Source: Adlercreutzia mucosicola DSM 19490
GTDB lineage: Bacteria; Actinomycetota; Coriobacteriia; Coriobacteriales; Eggerthellaceae
Direction of reading: 5' to 3'
DNA length: 32,000 nucleotides
Assembly (NCBI RefSeq): GCF_000422625.1
Contig: NZ_AUGK01000003.1
Span: forward strand, 178,374-210,373
Below are positions 8,718-17,801 of the stretch, piece by piece; positions within the stretch are counted from its first letter, which is position 1; each line of letters starts with the position of its first letter. The translations under genes were made by a program, and so were the position numbers. The notes beneath the pieces are model-generated. The model worked only from the letters and a program-made list of their open reading frames with translations. It had not been told where the DNA came from and did no database searches.

Positions 8718-10124
8718 ATGAACCCCGTTGTCATCATCCCCACCTTCATCTACCCGCGTCGCCATCGGGGCGGCTCCGATGTGGTGACCGCCTACGATCA
8801 CCCCACGGCGCCCAATCAGCCCGGCGAGCTGGGGCGGTGCCTTGAATCGCTCGCGAAGGTGGAGGGCCTGGGGCTGGTGGTGATCCTCGTGTCGGCCGAT
8901 ATGTCCATCGAGGCCCAGGCCGCCGAGAAGGTGCAGGCCGTGGCCAACGCGCACCCCGATATCACCACGCTGGTGATCGGCGCGCCTGAGCTGGCGCTGA
9001 TCGAGCAGCGCATGGCCCAGCTGAACATTGAGCGTTTGAACAAGGAGATCGGCCTGGCCGGCTATGGCGCCATCCGCAACCTGGGCCTGGTCATCGCCAA
9101 CGTGCTCGGCTTCGACGCCGCGGTGTTTCTGGACGACGACGAGGTGGTGGACGATCCGCAATTTCTGCAGAAGGCCATGTACGGCCTGGGGAAGCTGACG
9201 CGCCAGGGCGTGCCCATCGTGGCCAAGACCGGCTACTACTTAAACGACGAGGGCTCCTATCTGTCGAAGTGGGAAGACAAGTGGTACAACCGCTTCTGGC
9301 AGCAGGGGCGCGCCTTCAACGAGTGGATCAGCAAGGCCATGCGCGGCCCGCGCCTGTCCCGCTCCAACCACGTGTGCGGCGGCTGTCTGGCCATCCACAA
9401 GGAGGCCTTCCGCCGTCTGGCCTTCGATCCGTGGATTGCCCGCGGCGAGGATCTGGACTACATGCTGAACCTGCGCATGTACGGGTCGGACATCTGGTTC
9501 GACAACCAGTGGGTGCTGCGCCATCTGCCGCCGGCCTCGCCGAGCGAGGGCCTGCGTTTCCGCCAGGACATCTTCCGCTGGCTCTACGAGTACCGCAAGC
9601 TGGAATACAGCCGCGCCCTCATCGACTTGCAGCAGGTGAAGCCCGCGTCGCTGGAGCCCTATCCGGGCCCGTTCTTGGAGCCGGGCCTGCGCAGTCGCAT
9701 TCGCCTGACCGCCTGGCTGCGTAGCTTCGGGCGCCCCGACAAACGGGCCTACCGCCAGGCCGCCAAGGTCGTCGCGGGCGCTGCCAGCGCCTACGCCGAG
9801 GCGAACTGCGCGAAGTACTTCGAGTTCCAGTACGTATGGCCCGAGGCCATGAAGCGTCTGGAGTCCGACCAGCTGCTGTCTTCGGCGCTGGTGCGCTCCA
9901 GCATGCTTCGCGTGCAGGATGTGGAAGCGGAGATGGCCGGCGCGGCCGACGTGGCCGCCGCGGGGGCGGAAGCGGGCGCGGCGATGCCGGCAGGAGCGCC
10001 GGGCGCGGCTCTCGCGCCGGGGACTGGGGCAGGCGTGGCGCCCGTGATTCCGGCACCGGCCGTGCCGCGGCCGTCCATTGATGCGGGTGCGACGACGCAG
10101 ATCCGCCTCGACTTGGCCGATTAG
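8718..10124 (+). CDS. GT-A fold (family-2-like) glycosyltransferase-like protein with an Ala-rich C-terminal tail
   Basis: RBS GAAAGGAAA precedes ATG 8718. Motifs: VVIIPTF, FLDDDE (DxD), ARGEDLDY. The ORF-track N-terminal extension (8328-8717) overlaps rsgA and is rejected. Confidence 0.7.
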   Translation: MNPVVIIPTFIYPRRHRGGSDVVTAYDHPTAPNQPGELGRCLESLAKVEGLGLVVILVSADMSIEAQAAEKVQAVANAHPDITTLVIGAPELALIEQRMAQLNIERLNKEIGLAGYGAIRNLGLVIANVLGFDAAVFLDDDEVVDDPQFLQKAMYGLGKLTRQGVPIVAKTGYYLNDEGSYLSKWEDKWYNRFWQQGRAFNEWISKAMRGPRLSRSNHVCGGCLAIHKEAFRRLAFDPWIARGEDLDYMLNLRMYGSDIWFDNQWVLRHLPPASPSEGLRFRQDIFRWLYEYRKLEYSRALIDLQQVKPASLEPYPGPFLEPGLRSRIRLTAWLRSFGRPDKRAYRQAAKVVAGAASAYAEANCAKYFEFQYVWPEAMKRLESDQLLSSALVRSSMLRVQDVEAEMAGAADVAAAGAEAGAAMPAGAPGAALAPGTGAGVAPVIPAPAVPRPSIDAGATTQIRLDLAD

Positions 10125-10141
10125 CAGGGCGGCGCGCGAAC

Positions 10142-11107
10142 GTGGATGCCACTTTGATCATGGCTGCCGTCTCACTGGTGGTGGGACTGGCGGTGGGCGT
10201 GCTGGCCGGCTTGCTCGGTGTGGGCGGCGGCACGCTGCTCGTGCCCATCTTCAAGCTGGGCTATGCCATGGACTCCATTATGTGCACGGCCACCTCGCTG
10301 TTCACCATCATCCCCACCTCGGTTTCCGGGGCTCTTTCCCATCTTCGGAACAAGACCTGTATTCCGCGGCTCGGTCTGGCCGCCGGTTTGGGCGGCGCGG
10401 TCACCTCGCCTCTGGGCGTGTGGCTGGCCACTCAGTCGCCCGATTGGGCCATCATGGGCGCCGCGGCGCTCATCATCGTGTACTCGGCCACGACGATGTT
10501 TCGCAAGGCGCTGGCGGCCCCGAAAGTGCCCTGGCGCAAGAAGCACTTCGCGGCCCAATCGGCGGGGGAGCAGGCGGGCGCGGTCGGCGATGCGGTTGCG
10601 GCTGCGGCTGCGTCGGTGCCGAGCGATGCCGGCGCCCCTTCCGCTTCCGCCGCTGCCGAACCCGCGTCTCCTGCGCCTGCGCGCCCCTTGGCCCCCTCCC
10701 TCGCGGCCGAGAAGGACGCCGCCACCGTGGGCCCGCGCGAGCTGGCCATCGGCGTGGCCATCGGCCTGGTGGCGGGCCTCGCCTCGGGTTACGTGGGTGT
10801 GGGCGGCGGCTTCATCATGGTGCCGATGATGATCTCCATCGCGCACATCTCCATGCGCGTCACCTCGGGCACGTCGCTCATCGCCGTGATGATTTTAGCC
10901 GTGCCCGGCACCATCGCCCAGGCCTTGCTCGGCAACATCAACTGGATCGCCGGCATCGCCGTGGCCTGCGGCTCCATCCCCGGCGCCGCCCTGGGCGCGC
11001 GCTTGGTGCCTCGTGTGCCCGAGCGCCAGCTACGCTTCCTGTTCGCGGGATTTCTCGTGGTGGCTGCGCTCATGCTGGTCGTCAACCAGCTGGGGCTGTG
11101 GGGCTAG
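10142..11107 (+). CDS. TauE/SafE (TSUP, DUF81) family anion exporter/permease
   Basis: Duplicated LLGVGGGTLLVPIF and YVGVGGGFIMVPMM motifs. Polytopic, with an Ala/Pro-rich central loop. Confidence 0.85.
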   Translation: MDATLIMAAVSLVVGLAVGVLAGLLGVGGGTLLVPIFKLGYAMDSIMCTATSLFTIIPTSVSGALSHLRNKTCIPRLGLAAGLGGAVTSPLGVWLATQSPDWAIMGAAALIIVYSATTMFRKALAAPKVPWRKKHFAAQSAGEQAGAVGDAVAAAAASVPSDAGAPSASAAAEPASPAPARPLAPSLAAEKDAATVGPRELAIGVAIGLVAGLASGYVGVGGGFIMVPMMISIAHISMRVTSGTSLIAVMILAVPGTIAQALLGNINWIAGIAVACGSIPGAALGARLVPRVPERQLRFLFAGFLVVAALMLVVNQLGLWG

Positions 11108-11170
11108 CGCTCGCGCGCGGCAGCTTTGCTATACTGACGTCAACAACCTGGATGATTGGAGGCTGGCGCC

Positions 11171-12616
11171 GTGGCAACCCATGAGACCCAAAGCGCATGG
11201 ACGCGCGGGATGGGCATTCCCAAATTCAACCAGGAAATGCTGGCGGTCACCATTGCGGCCATCGCCGCGGTCACGCTGGTGTGGGCCTTTCTCATGCCCG
11301 AGGCGCCGGTGCCCATTCTGGGGGCGGCTGGTGTGGTGTTCACCGTGTCGGTGGTCGTGGTCATCCGCCTGATGATGGACCCCGATTCCGTGCGCGCCCT
11401 GCAATCCGACGCCATGCTGCAGCTGGCCTCGTCCATGATCGACTCCATGGGCGAGGGCCTCACGGAAAAGGCCTCCCAGGAGGTGTGCGAGCTACTGTTG
11501 CCGAACACCTCGGCCGTGGCCGTGGCCATCACCGATCGCGAATTCGTGCTGGGCTATGCCGGCTACCAGGAGGCAAACAATCCCTCGGGCAGCCGCATCC
11601 GCACCACCGCCACTCACCAGGCCATCAAGGACGGCGAGACCCTGGTGCTGCTCAGCCCCGAGGCCATCGGCCTGCCCGTGCCCGCCGACGAGTGCCGCAT
11701 CAAGGCCGCCATCGTGGAGCCGTTGTGGGTGGGCGACCGCGTAGAGGGCACGTTGAAGTTCTACTACCGCAACGCGAATAAGATCACCGAGACCCAGCGA
11801 TCGATCGCCCACGGCTTCGCTCAGCTGCTCTCCACCCAGATGGCCGCCGTGGAGATGGAAACCCAGCGCAAGCTGGCCACCGCCATGGAGCTGAAGATGC
11901 TGCAAACGCAGATCAACCCCCACTTCCTGTTCAACACCATCAACACCATTGCCTCGTTCATCCGTACCGACCCTATGAAGGCCCGCACTCTGCTGCGCGA
12001 GTTCGCCGTGTTCTACCGCCGCACCCTGGAGGATTCCACCGAGCGCATCTCGCTGGCCCGCGAGCTCGACCAGGTGCAGCGCTACTTCAACTTCGAGCTG
12101 GCCCGTTTCGGCGAGGCGCGCCTGGGCTTGGAGGTGAACGCCAGCCCCGGCCTGCAGATCATGATGGTGCCGCCGTTTCTGGTGCAGCCCCTGGTGGAGA
12201 ACGCCATCAAGCATGCCATGCCATCCGAGGGCAAGCTGGTCATCACCGTGGAGGCCGTGGCCGATGGCGACGATGTGGTCATTGTGGTGGGCGACAACGG
12301 CGTGGGCATGAGCGAGGAGACCTGCGCCAACATCACTCAGGTGGAGTCGTCCACGGGCCTGGGGATCGCGGTGAAGAACGTGCACGACCGCATGATCGGC
12401 TTTTTCGGTCCCGACGCCCAGATGGTGTATACGAGCGAGTTGGGCGTGGGCACCCAGGTGACCCTGCGCTGCCCCGGCTGCGCCAAGGTGACGGTGCCCG
12501 TGGAGGAGGTGTCCAGCGCTTCGGCAGCCGAAGATGAGGTGGCTCAGGCCGCGGCGCGCAACGAGGCTACGGTGGCGCAGCTGGCCGAGCTGGTGGCCCA
12601 GGTTGACGGCGAGTAA
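11171..12616 (+). CDS. LytS/YehU-type sensor histidine kinase (His_kinase plus HATPase_c)
   Basis: QINPHFLFNTINTIASFIR (H-box of the LytS family), VENAIKHA, DNGVGM and GLGI. N-terminal TM helices. The start is uncertain: GTG 11171 follows GGAGG, and TTG 11156 or ATG 11210 are alternatives. Confidence 0.85.
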   Translation: MATHETQSAWTRGMGIPKFNQEMLAVTIAAIAAVTLVWAFLMPEAPVPILGAAGVVFTVSVVVVIRLMMDPDSVRALQSDAMLQLASSMIDSMGEGLTEKASQEVCELLLPNTSAVAVAITDREFVLGYAGYQEANNPSGSRIRTTATHQAIKDGETLVLLSPEAIGLPVPADECRIKAAIVEPLWVGDRVEGTLKFYYRNANKITETQRSIAHGFAQLLSTQMAAVEMETQRKLATAMELKMLQTQINPHFLFNTINTIASFIRTDPMKARTLLREFAVFYRRTLEDSTERISLARELDQVQRYFNFELARFGEARLGLEVNASPGLQIMMVPPFLVQPLVENAIKHAMPSEGKLVITVEAVADGDDVVIVVGDNGVGMSEETCANITQVESSTGLGIAVKNVHDRMIGFFGPDAQMVYTSELGVGTQVTLRCPGCAKVTVPVEEVSSASAAEDEVAQAAARNEATVAQLAELVAQVDGE

Positions 12617-12737
12617 ATGCCCGCCGAACTTTCCGCCCTTCGAGCAGGTAAGCGTGGCTTTTTCGTATCGACAACGTCGTCGGGGTCGTATATCATCCCA
12701 GTAACTATCGATTTGCCTGTAGCTGTGAGGGGTTTCC

Positions 12738-13652
12738 GTGTTTGAATTCTTGTCGTCGCCTTTTGGTCTGGTCGCCGTGGGCCTGGGCGTTCTTGCGGTG
12801 GCTGTGCTGGCGTTGTGCCTGTGGATCACCACCCTGGATCGCCGCATGCGCGGTATGGCCGACGGCTTGGAAGCGGAACGCCGCAAGGTAGCCGAGATGC
12901 AGATGGTCATCGGCCGTCGCAACAACGCCGCCCGCAGTTATGGCGGGCGCCCGCGGGCCGGCCAGCCCGCGCCCCAGGCAGCCCCGCGTCCTGCGCCTGC
13001 GGCGGGCGGCATGCCCATAGGGGCTCCGCAGCAAGGTATGCCCATGGGCCACCCGGGCATGGCAGGTGCGCCGGCGGCGACTGCCACGGCGGCACCCCAG
13101 CCGGCTGTGGCGCCGGCTTCGCGCCCAGCGCCCCAGCCGGCCCCGCGGCCTGCACCGGCCCCGCGGCCGACCGTCGGCAGTCCGACTCCCGCATCGGCGG
13201 GTCGCGCGCCCCAAGGCGTGTCGCGGCGCCGCGGTGGGGGATGGGCGCCCGACGAGCAGCTCCAGGTGGCCTCCGAGCAGATGGCCGAGGCCTGGGTCCA
13301 GAGCGGCGGGTTCGGCCAGCAGCCCATTGTGGTGCCCGACAAGAAGATGTCGCGCAAGGCTCGCCGCGAGGCCGAGCGCGCTTTCGCCGCCCGCGCCGCC
13401 GCCGAGCTGGAGGCCCGTCAGGCCCGCCGCGCCGCCGAGGCTGCCTCGGCCGCACCGCCGGCGCGCTCCCAGGGCCAACAGGGTATTCGTCCCTACGGAG
13501 GCCCGGCGGCCCCCACTCGCGGCTCCCACGCGCCGGCGCCCGTGCCGGGCACGCGCCCGGTGGCCCGCGGGGGCAGCGGGTTCCCCGACCAGTATGGTGC
13601 CCCCGCCGGCGCGCCCCAGGCGCCGCTCGGCCGCGGTCGCCACGCCCGCTAG
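12738..13652 (+). CDS. Membrane-anchored Pro/Ala-rich low-complexity protein (hypothetical)
   Basis: GTG start follows GAGGGG. N-terminal TM helix FGLVAVGLGVLAVAVLALCLWITTL. An intrinsic terminator lies right after the stop. Several competing frames overlap here, and this frame was chosen on RBS, TM helix and terminator. Confidence 0.55.
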   Translation: MFEFLSSPFGLVAVGLGVLAVAVLALCLWITTLDRRMRGMADGLEAERRKVAEMQMVIGRRNNAARSYGGRPRAGQPAPQAAPRPAPAAGGMPIGAPQQGMPMGHPGMAGAPAATATAAPQPAVAPASRPAPQPAPRPAPAPRPTVGSPTPASAGRAPQGVSRRRGGGWAPDEQLQVASEQMAEAWVQSGGFGQQPIVVPDKKMSRKARREAERAFAARAAAELEARQARRAAEAASAAPPARSQGQQGIRPYGGPAAPTRGSHAPAPVPGTRPVARGGSGFPDQYGAPAGAPQAPLGRGRHAR

Positions 13653-13665
13653 AGCGGATAATGCC

Positions 13666-13706
13666 GAAGGGGCCGCCAACATCGCGCTGGCGGCCCCTTC
13701 TTTTAT
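13666..13706 (+). terminator. Rho-independent terminator
   Basis: GAAGGGGCCGCC-11 nt-GGCGGCCCCTTC followed by TTTTAT. Confidence 0.8.
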
Positions 13707-13898
13707 AGGGGCGACGGTGATGGGGGGGGCGGGCCGCCGGTTGGCGCGAGGCGCCACCGCAAGGCGGGTCGGGGCCGTCGCGCCGCAGCTCGAGCAGTTT
13801 TTGCCCTCGGCCCGTCTTCGGTGCAAAGCTGCGGGGACTGCACTTCATCCCGTGCGGCTCCCGTTCCGCATGGCCCGCGCCCGATTGCCCCGAGCCCT

Positions 13899-14738
13899 TT
13901 ACTTCCCCGTATACGCCTGCTTGAAGCGGGCCACGTCGTGCTCGTAGATCACTAAGGTGGAGTCGGGCTCTTCCAGGTAGAAGGGTACGCCGGCCAGCTT
14001 CGGATGGTTCACCAGGGCCGCCAGGGCGTCAAAGCCGATCTTGCCCTCGCCGATGCGGGCGTGGCGATCCACATGGCTGCCGCGCTCGTGGGTAGCGTCG
14101 TTCAAGTGCACAGCCCTCAGCTTGCCCAGCCCGATGGTCTGGTCGAACTGGGACAGCACTCCGTCCAGGTCGTTCACCACATCGTAGCCCTCGGCCCACA
14201 CGCCGGCGCAGTCGAAGCAGACGCCCACGTGGTCGGCCAGCTTCACCTGGCTGATGATGGCGGCCAGTTGCTCGAAGGAGGTGCCTACCTGGCTGCCCTC
14301 TCCGGCCATAGTGTCCAGCAGCACGAGTGTTGTCTGGCTGGGGGTGATCACCTTGTTCAGGGCGTCGGCCACATCGGTCAAGCCCTCATCCACGGAAATG
14401 CCCAGGCGGCTGCCGGGGCGCACCAGGTACATCGGCACGGCCAGCTCGGTCAGTTGGGCCAGGTCCTCGGCGTAGGTCATCAGGGCGAAGTCGCGCTCGC
14501 TCATCTTGGCCGTGGCCGGATCGGTATCATAGGGCGCGTAGGCCAGCACATCGTGGATGCCGTATTCGGTCGCCAGGGCGCGGTACTCCTGCACATCCTT
14601 GGCATCCAGATCGGCCTGCTTGCTGCCGCGCGGGCTGCGCGTGAAATACTGGAAGGTGTTCGCATGGATGGACGCGGCCTCCCGCGCCATTTCCGCGTAG
14701 CCGCGGTGCTTCGACAGATGACAACCGATGGTCAACAT
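13899..14738 (-). CDS. nfo: Endonuclease IV (deoxyribonuclease IV)
   Basis: TIM-barrel AP endonuclease pattern (MLTIGCHLS..., VLLDTMAGEGSQVG, GVCFDCAGVWAEGYD, HLNDA..RGSHVDRHARIGEGKIG). ATG 14738 follows AAAGGA. The ORF-track extension to 14819 is rejected. Confidence 0.9.
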   Translation of the reverse strand: MLTIGCHLSKHRGYAEMAREAASIHANTFQYFTRSPRGSKQADLDAKDVQEYRALATEYGIHDVLAYAPYDTDPATAKMSERDFALMTYAEDLAQLTELAVPMYLVRPGSRLGISVDEGLTDVADALNKVITPSQTTLVLLDTMAGEGSQVGTSFEQLAAIISQVKLADHVGVCFDCAGVWAEGYDVVNDLDGVLSQFDQTIGLGKLRAVHLNDATHERGSHVDRHARIGEGKIGFDALAALVNHPKLAGVPFYLEEPDSTLVIYEHDVARFKQAYTGK

Positions 14739-14768
14739 GGGGGGGGATCCTTTCGCGAGAGGTTTTAT

Positions 14769-14952
14769 GTTTTGTGGCCAAAAAGCCGTCGAGTGAGCTC
14801 GAGTTGGTAGAAAAATCATAGTTCAGGGGCTCTTGGGCGGCCGATAGTGGGGGGATTCGTTCAAGAATCCGTTGCTTTGCGCACATTTCGGGCTTCGGAC
14901 GCGGCTTGAGGAGACCCGCAGAGCTCACTCGACGGCTTTTTGGCCACAAAAC
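14769..14952. repeat. Perfect 32-bp inverted repeat flanking a 120-bp segment in the nfo/kinase divergent intergenic region
   Basis: GTTTTGTGGCCAAAAAGCCGTCGAGTGAGCTC (14769-14800) is the exact reverse complement of 14921-14952. Confidence 0.95.
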
Positions 14953-15178
14953 GGAAAAGTGCTCTCCTATTCCCCGTTATTTTGCGGTTGTGGGCTTGAT
15001 GGACTCGAGCGCAGCGTGTTTGCCGGTCGCTGTTGCGTACGGGATTCCGTTGATGCGCGAGCGGTGTTTCTTGCCCGTGGAGGCCGCCGATCTGCCATCG
15101 CGCCGATGCCGCTACGATGGTAGAATTGTCCTACCTCAAACTATGCAGCCCAAACGAAGAAGAAGAGGTTATTGCCCT

Positions 15179-17659
15179 ATGGCTTCCTCCCCCCTCATAT
15201 TGGATCGTTATCGCGTCGTCGGCCAGGCCGGCGCCGGCGGCTACGGCACCGTTGTGCACGCCTTCGACACCCACCTCAAGCGCGATGTGGCTATCAAGTG
15301 CATCGAGTTGTCGGAAGACGAAGTGGCCCGCGCGCGCCTGGTTGCCTTGGAGGCGCGCATGGCCGCCGATTTGGAAGGCGGCCAAGGAGCCGCCGCGGCC
15401 GCAGGCCGAGTGGCTGGTGCGGTGGGATCGGCGGGGTCGGCGGCTCGCGGCCGCTCGGGAGCGTCCGCGAGTTCTGCCGTCGCCGGCCGTGCAGCCAGCG
15501 CTGCCGCCCCGGCGGCTCCGTCGTTCCCTTCCGACCCCGACTTCCTGCGCGGAGTGGACGAGCGGCGCGCCGGCGTGGCGTCCCGGCGCAGCGTGCCGAC
15601 GGCGGCCGATGAAGTGCCCCCCTGGGAAGATGCCGTTGCAACGCCCGAGGCTCCCTGGGAGGCGACGATCGTGCCCTGGGGCGCCGGCACGGCCGGCTTC
15701 GACGCGGGTCCCGCAGCAGGCGCGGGGGTTGACGGCCGCGCCATCCCGCGTAAGACGCGCCACGCCCCCGAGGCGGCCTATGTACCGCCCGTGGAGGTGC
15801 AGGAAGCCGCGCCCATCAGCGACTACTTCGACGAGAGCGCCGTGGACGTGCGCCATTTGCGTGGCATTCGCCCCTCGCGCACCATCGACGGGGCTACCGA
15901 GCGTCGCCGGCGCCGCGGCGGCCGCCACACCGTCCGCACCGAGTCCGCGGCAGCCAGTGCGCCGGTGGTCTCGCGGCCGGCTCCCTCGACCGACTTCGAA
16001 GAGCCCGACGACGCCGATCTGTTCGAGCACATTCCCGGCTTGGAAGAGGCCCGTTCTGTCGCGAAGCTGTCCGATGCCAACATCGTCACGGTGTACGATT
16101 GCGCCGTGGAGGACTCCACGGCCTACGTGATCATGGAGTACATCGAGGGCAAGACCCTGGCCGAGATCATCGATGAGATCGACGACAGCATCACCCTCGA
16201 CATTGTGGCCGCTGTGTTCACGGCCGTGTCCCACGCTTTGGAAGTGGCCCACGGCGAGCAGACCCTGCACTTGGATATCAAGCCCGAGAACGTCATCGTG
16301 AACTCCAAGGGCGTGGCCAAGGTGACCGACTTCGGCCTGGCCGCCCTGATGGATGCCACCGGCTCGGGCACCACCGGAGGCGGCACCATCGGCTACATGC
16401 CCTTGGAACAGATGCGCCAGGAGCCTCTGGATGTGCGCACCGACGAGTGGGCCCTGGCGAGCCTCACCTACGAGATGCTCACTGGCTCCAACCCGTTCTT
16501 CGCCTCCACTCTGCGCGCCGCCGAGGAGCTCATCGAAGACGCCGAGCTGGTGCTGCCCTCGCTGTGCTGGGACGAGCTTGACGCCGAGGCCGACGACATC
16601 ATGTTCATGGCCCTGGATCCGGAGATGGACGAGCGTTTCGGCACCGTGACGGAGTTCGCCGAGGCGCTCACGCCGCTGCTCGGCAACGCGAAGAAGGGCA
16701 AGAAGGCCCTGGCCGACATCGTGAAAGGCGTCGATCTGCCCGAGGCCGACCCCGAGCCCGAGCGGCCCCGCGAGCCGTTGGCCCCCTTCGTGGATCGCCT
16801 GGGGTTGCGCGGGGCCGCCATCGTTGCTCGCATTGTGAGTGCCCTTGCGGTGGGCCTGCTGGCCGCCGTGGGTCTGGCGAACATTCACCTGAATGCCGGC
16901 TCGCCGGGCGGCTTGCTCGACGACGCGACTGTGGTGTACTGGGTGCTGGTGGCGGTGTGCGCGGCGGTAGCGGCGGTGCGCCCCAGCATCGGCATCCTGT
17001 TCGGCTACGCCATGCTGGCCGCGGGCCTGGCTGGGGCGGGCGCTTGGGCACTTACCCTGCTTTTGGCCGCGGTGGTGGCGGGCTGGTGGTATCTCGTGGG
17101 ATGCCGCGGCACGTCCCAGGCCACGGTGGCGCTGCTGCAGCCGCTGTTCGGCTCCATCGGTTTCGGCGGCTTGGCTCCGGTGGGCGCGGGCGTGTTTCTG
17201 CCCGTGATCCAGTCGGCTCTGACGGCGGCCTTCGCCTTCTTCGTGGCCCTCATCATGGCGGCCTGCGGCTCCATGGACGTGATGAATTGGGATGCGCTGC
17301 TGCACTTCAGCTTCAGTAACAATCCCCAGGCGGCCTGCGTGGCCCTCATCTCCCAGGGCGGCACCTGGGTCATCGGCATCAGCTGGGTGGTGGCCGCGGC
17401 TGCCTACAGCCTCTGCTGCGTGCGCGGCACCAAGGCCTTCGACGTGGCCGGTGCCGTGATCGCGGCCGTGGTGCTCATCGCCGGTGCCTGCGCGGCGGCC
17501 CATCTCACCAACTTCGGCGGTTCGTGGCTGCCCGCTCCTTCGGCCCTGCTCGGCGCTTTGGTGCCCGGCGTCATCGGCATCATCGCCGCCGCCATGAACA
17601 TCCCCGACCGAGCCCGCTGGGCCGAAGAAGAGTGGTATCTGGACGACGAGGCGGTCTAG
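15179..17659 (+). CDS. Hanks-type Ser/Thr protein kinase with a long low-complexity insertion in the N-lobe and a polytopic C-terminal membrane domain
   Basis: GAGGYGTV, VAIK, then ~220 aa of Ala/Arg/Pro-rich sequence, then NIVTVYD, HLDIKPEN, DFGLA, GTIGYMPLE. Multiple hydrophobic helices from about 16810 to the end. ATG 15179 follows AAGAGG (alternative ATG at 15143). Confidence 0.85.
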   Translation: MASSPLILDRYRVVGQAGAGGYGTVVHAFDTHLKRDVAIKCIELSEDEVARARLVALEARMAADLEGGQGAAAAAGRVAGAVGSAGSAARGRSGASASSAVAGRAASAAAPAAPSFPSDPDFLRGVDERRAGVASRRSVPTAADEVPPWEDAVATPEAPWEATIVPWGAGTAGFDAGPAAGAGVDGRAIPRKTRHAPEAAYVPPVEVQEAAPISDYFDESAVDVRHLRGIRPSRTIDGATERRRRRGGRHTVRTESAAASAPVVSRPAPSTDFEEPDDADLFEHIPGLEEARSVAKLSDANIVTVYDCAVEDSTAYVIMEYIEGKTLAEIIDEIDDSITLDIVAAVFTAVSHALEVAHGEQTLHLDIKPENVIVNSKGVAKVTDFGLAALMDATGSGTTGGGTIGYMPLEQMRQEPLDVRTDEWALASLTYEMLTGSNPFFASTLRAAEELIEDAELVLPSLCWDELDAEADDIMFMALDPEMDERFGTVTEFAEALTPLLGNAKKGKKALADIVKGVDLPEADPEPERPREPLAPFVDRLGLRGAAIVARIVSALAVGLLAAVGLANIHLNAGSPGGLLDDATVVYWVLVAVCAAVAAVRPSIGILFGYAMLAAGLAGAGAWALTLLLAAVVAGWWYLVGCRGTSQATVALLQPLFGSIGFGGLAPVGAGVFLPVIQSALTAAFAFFVALIMAACGSMDVMNWDALLHFSFSNNPQAACVALISQGGTWVIGISWVVAAAAYSLCCVRGTKAFDVAGAVIAAVVLIAGACAAAHLTNFGGSWLPAPSALLGALVPGVIGIIAAAMNIPDRARWAEEEWYLDDEAV

Positions 17660-17790
17660 ATCGCAGCGAGGATGCAGCCCCCAAGGGCGCTCTCCCTCCG
17701 CCTTCGGGATTCTGGGACCACGGCCGCCTCAACGGGCGTTTCTGACGAGGGCTTGTGCGATCTGAGAAAAAATCGCTGAAAGTGGCGCTG

Positions 17791-17801
17791 GATTGCGAAA
17801 A
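17791..17801 (+). other. Candidate attL core
   Basis: GATTGCGAAAA, identical to 25363-25373 in direct orientation. Confidence 0.5.

Noticed and set aside
11492-12925. 477-aa minus-strand ORF
   Set aside because: It is antisense to the histidine kinase and shows a low-complexity H/G/L/A pattern. It is a shadow ORF.
12705-13947. Competing ORFs over the Pro/Ala-rich gene (12705-13826 minus, 12907-13848 minus, 12815-13708 plus, 13066-13947 plus)
   Set aside because: All six frames are open in this GC-rich, low-complexity stretch. Only 12738-13652 has an RBS, an N-terminal TM helix and a terminator right after its stop. Even that call carries moderate confidence.
15131-17503. 790-aa ORF on the minus strand
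   Set aside because: It lies entirely antisense to the kinase gene, which has clear catalytic motifs. Its composition is Arg/Gly/His/Ala-rich, typical of high-G+C shadow frames. It has no RBS or recognisable motif.
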